From Octopus sinensis (Eukaryota): a DNA stretch of 64,000 nt. The notes beneath the pieces were generated by a model, which saw nothing but the letters and a program-made list of their open reading frames with translations, was not told the origin of the DNA and did no database searches. Where the stretch lies: assembly GCF_006345805.1 (NCBI RefSeq), contig NC_043007.1, positions 42,346,001 to 42,410,000 of the forward strand, written 5' to 3'. Below are positions 62,980-64,000 of the stretch, piece after piece. Each line of letters begins with the position of its first letter. Position 1 is the first letter of the stretch. The position numbers and the translations under genes were made by a program.

Positions 62980-64000
62980 GTAAACGACATGAGGTGAAAC
63001 TGTCACTGTCCTCACTGAATTAAGTTTCCCTTATGACTCTGGGCATGAATGAACCAACACCGTACCACACATACACACACTCCCATACATAAACCTACAC
63101 TCACCTCTCTCCCATACACACACATACATTTTCACACACGGTGTTTCTTTGTTGTGTGTAATCTATACAACATAGTGTGGTAGCACTTTAACCTATTAGT
63201 CAATTTGTGCGTGTGCATGTGTGCGCATGTGCAGGGCCTTATTTAAACAAGACCCAGCATGGAACTGCATCTCACTAAATTAGCACTGTAGTTGTTAGGC
63301 ACCCCGTAAACTCTGTTGTTGTTACTGTCTAAATCATTATTATTATTATCACCTTCATCAATGCCATTATTATTATTATTATCATTATTATTATTATTAT
63401 TGTTTTCTCATCCCTCTTTCCCAATGATCTTAGACTAGTGTTGTTTACCTGGAGTTCTCTCCCTCCCCACATATTTGTACCTGTGCCACACCTGTAGTAA
63501 CTTCTACCTTCAGTGCACTAATTCCCTTCATTAGACTGTAGTAGTCATCGGTGTTTCTTAGATTCTTAACTTCTAGTCTGTCTGTGTGTCACTCTTTTGT
63601 TGAGCTATGCCACCAGCCTTCACTTGATCCTCAACATAGCTACTGTCTCCTTCAAAATGAAATGGATTGATTGTCTTCTTGGAGGTATCAACTCAGCCTC
63701 CATCACCATTATGGACATTGACACCTTTGGAAGTTGTTAGAGACTTGGTGATAGCAGGGTGAGCTTCTAACTCCAGTCTCTTGACACTTAAATTAGACTG
63801 TAACCTTATTTCCAATGGAGAGAGAGAGACCTTGAAGGCTATTCTAGTAACTTAATCATATAGTTTTATAACAGTGACCTTTCAGTACTTGTTGACTATT
63901 TACTTAAAACATATCAGTTTTTGACAATAAAATGTCAATTAAAAAGTGTATTATACTGACAGCTTAATGTTGATTATGGTGAGGGATTGTATGGCCTTTT

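Overview
AT-rich, microsatellite-dense metazoan genomic DNA. The SINE, RTE and microsatellite profile looks like a coleoid cephalopod, probably Octopus (inferred from repeat families I recognise, not from a search). The window lies inside one large plus-strand gene for a phosphofurin acidic cluster sorting protein (PACS; PACS1/PACS2-like, more PACS2-like by motifs). Nine exons (1721-1872, 5147-5198, 14360-14422, 31890-32108, 51760-51864, 53823-53929, 55880-56034, 58941-59051, 60147-60249) splice in frame through GT-AG introns of about 1-20 kb. The start and stop codons lie outside the window. The introns hold decayed mobile DNA: a full-length DD37D-type (maT) Tc1/mariner, RTE, Tx1/L1-like and R4/Dong-like LINE fragments, tRNA-derived SINEs, piggyBac-like MITEs and long simple repeats. 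Almost all long ORFs in the supplied track are spurious microsatellite translations. The most interesting unexplained signals are (i) four frame-preserving candidate cassette or micro-exons, two at junctions where I recall human PACS2 being alternatively spliced; (ii) two AG|GTGAG zero-length-exon (recursive splice) candidates; (iii) five fold-back hairpins that all abut (TA)n tracts, some with hammerhead-like relics; and (iv) a ~1.5 kb strictly purine-pyrimidine alternating palindromic array. None of these is proven from sequence alone, and I found no clear new multi-gene system.
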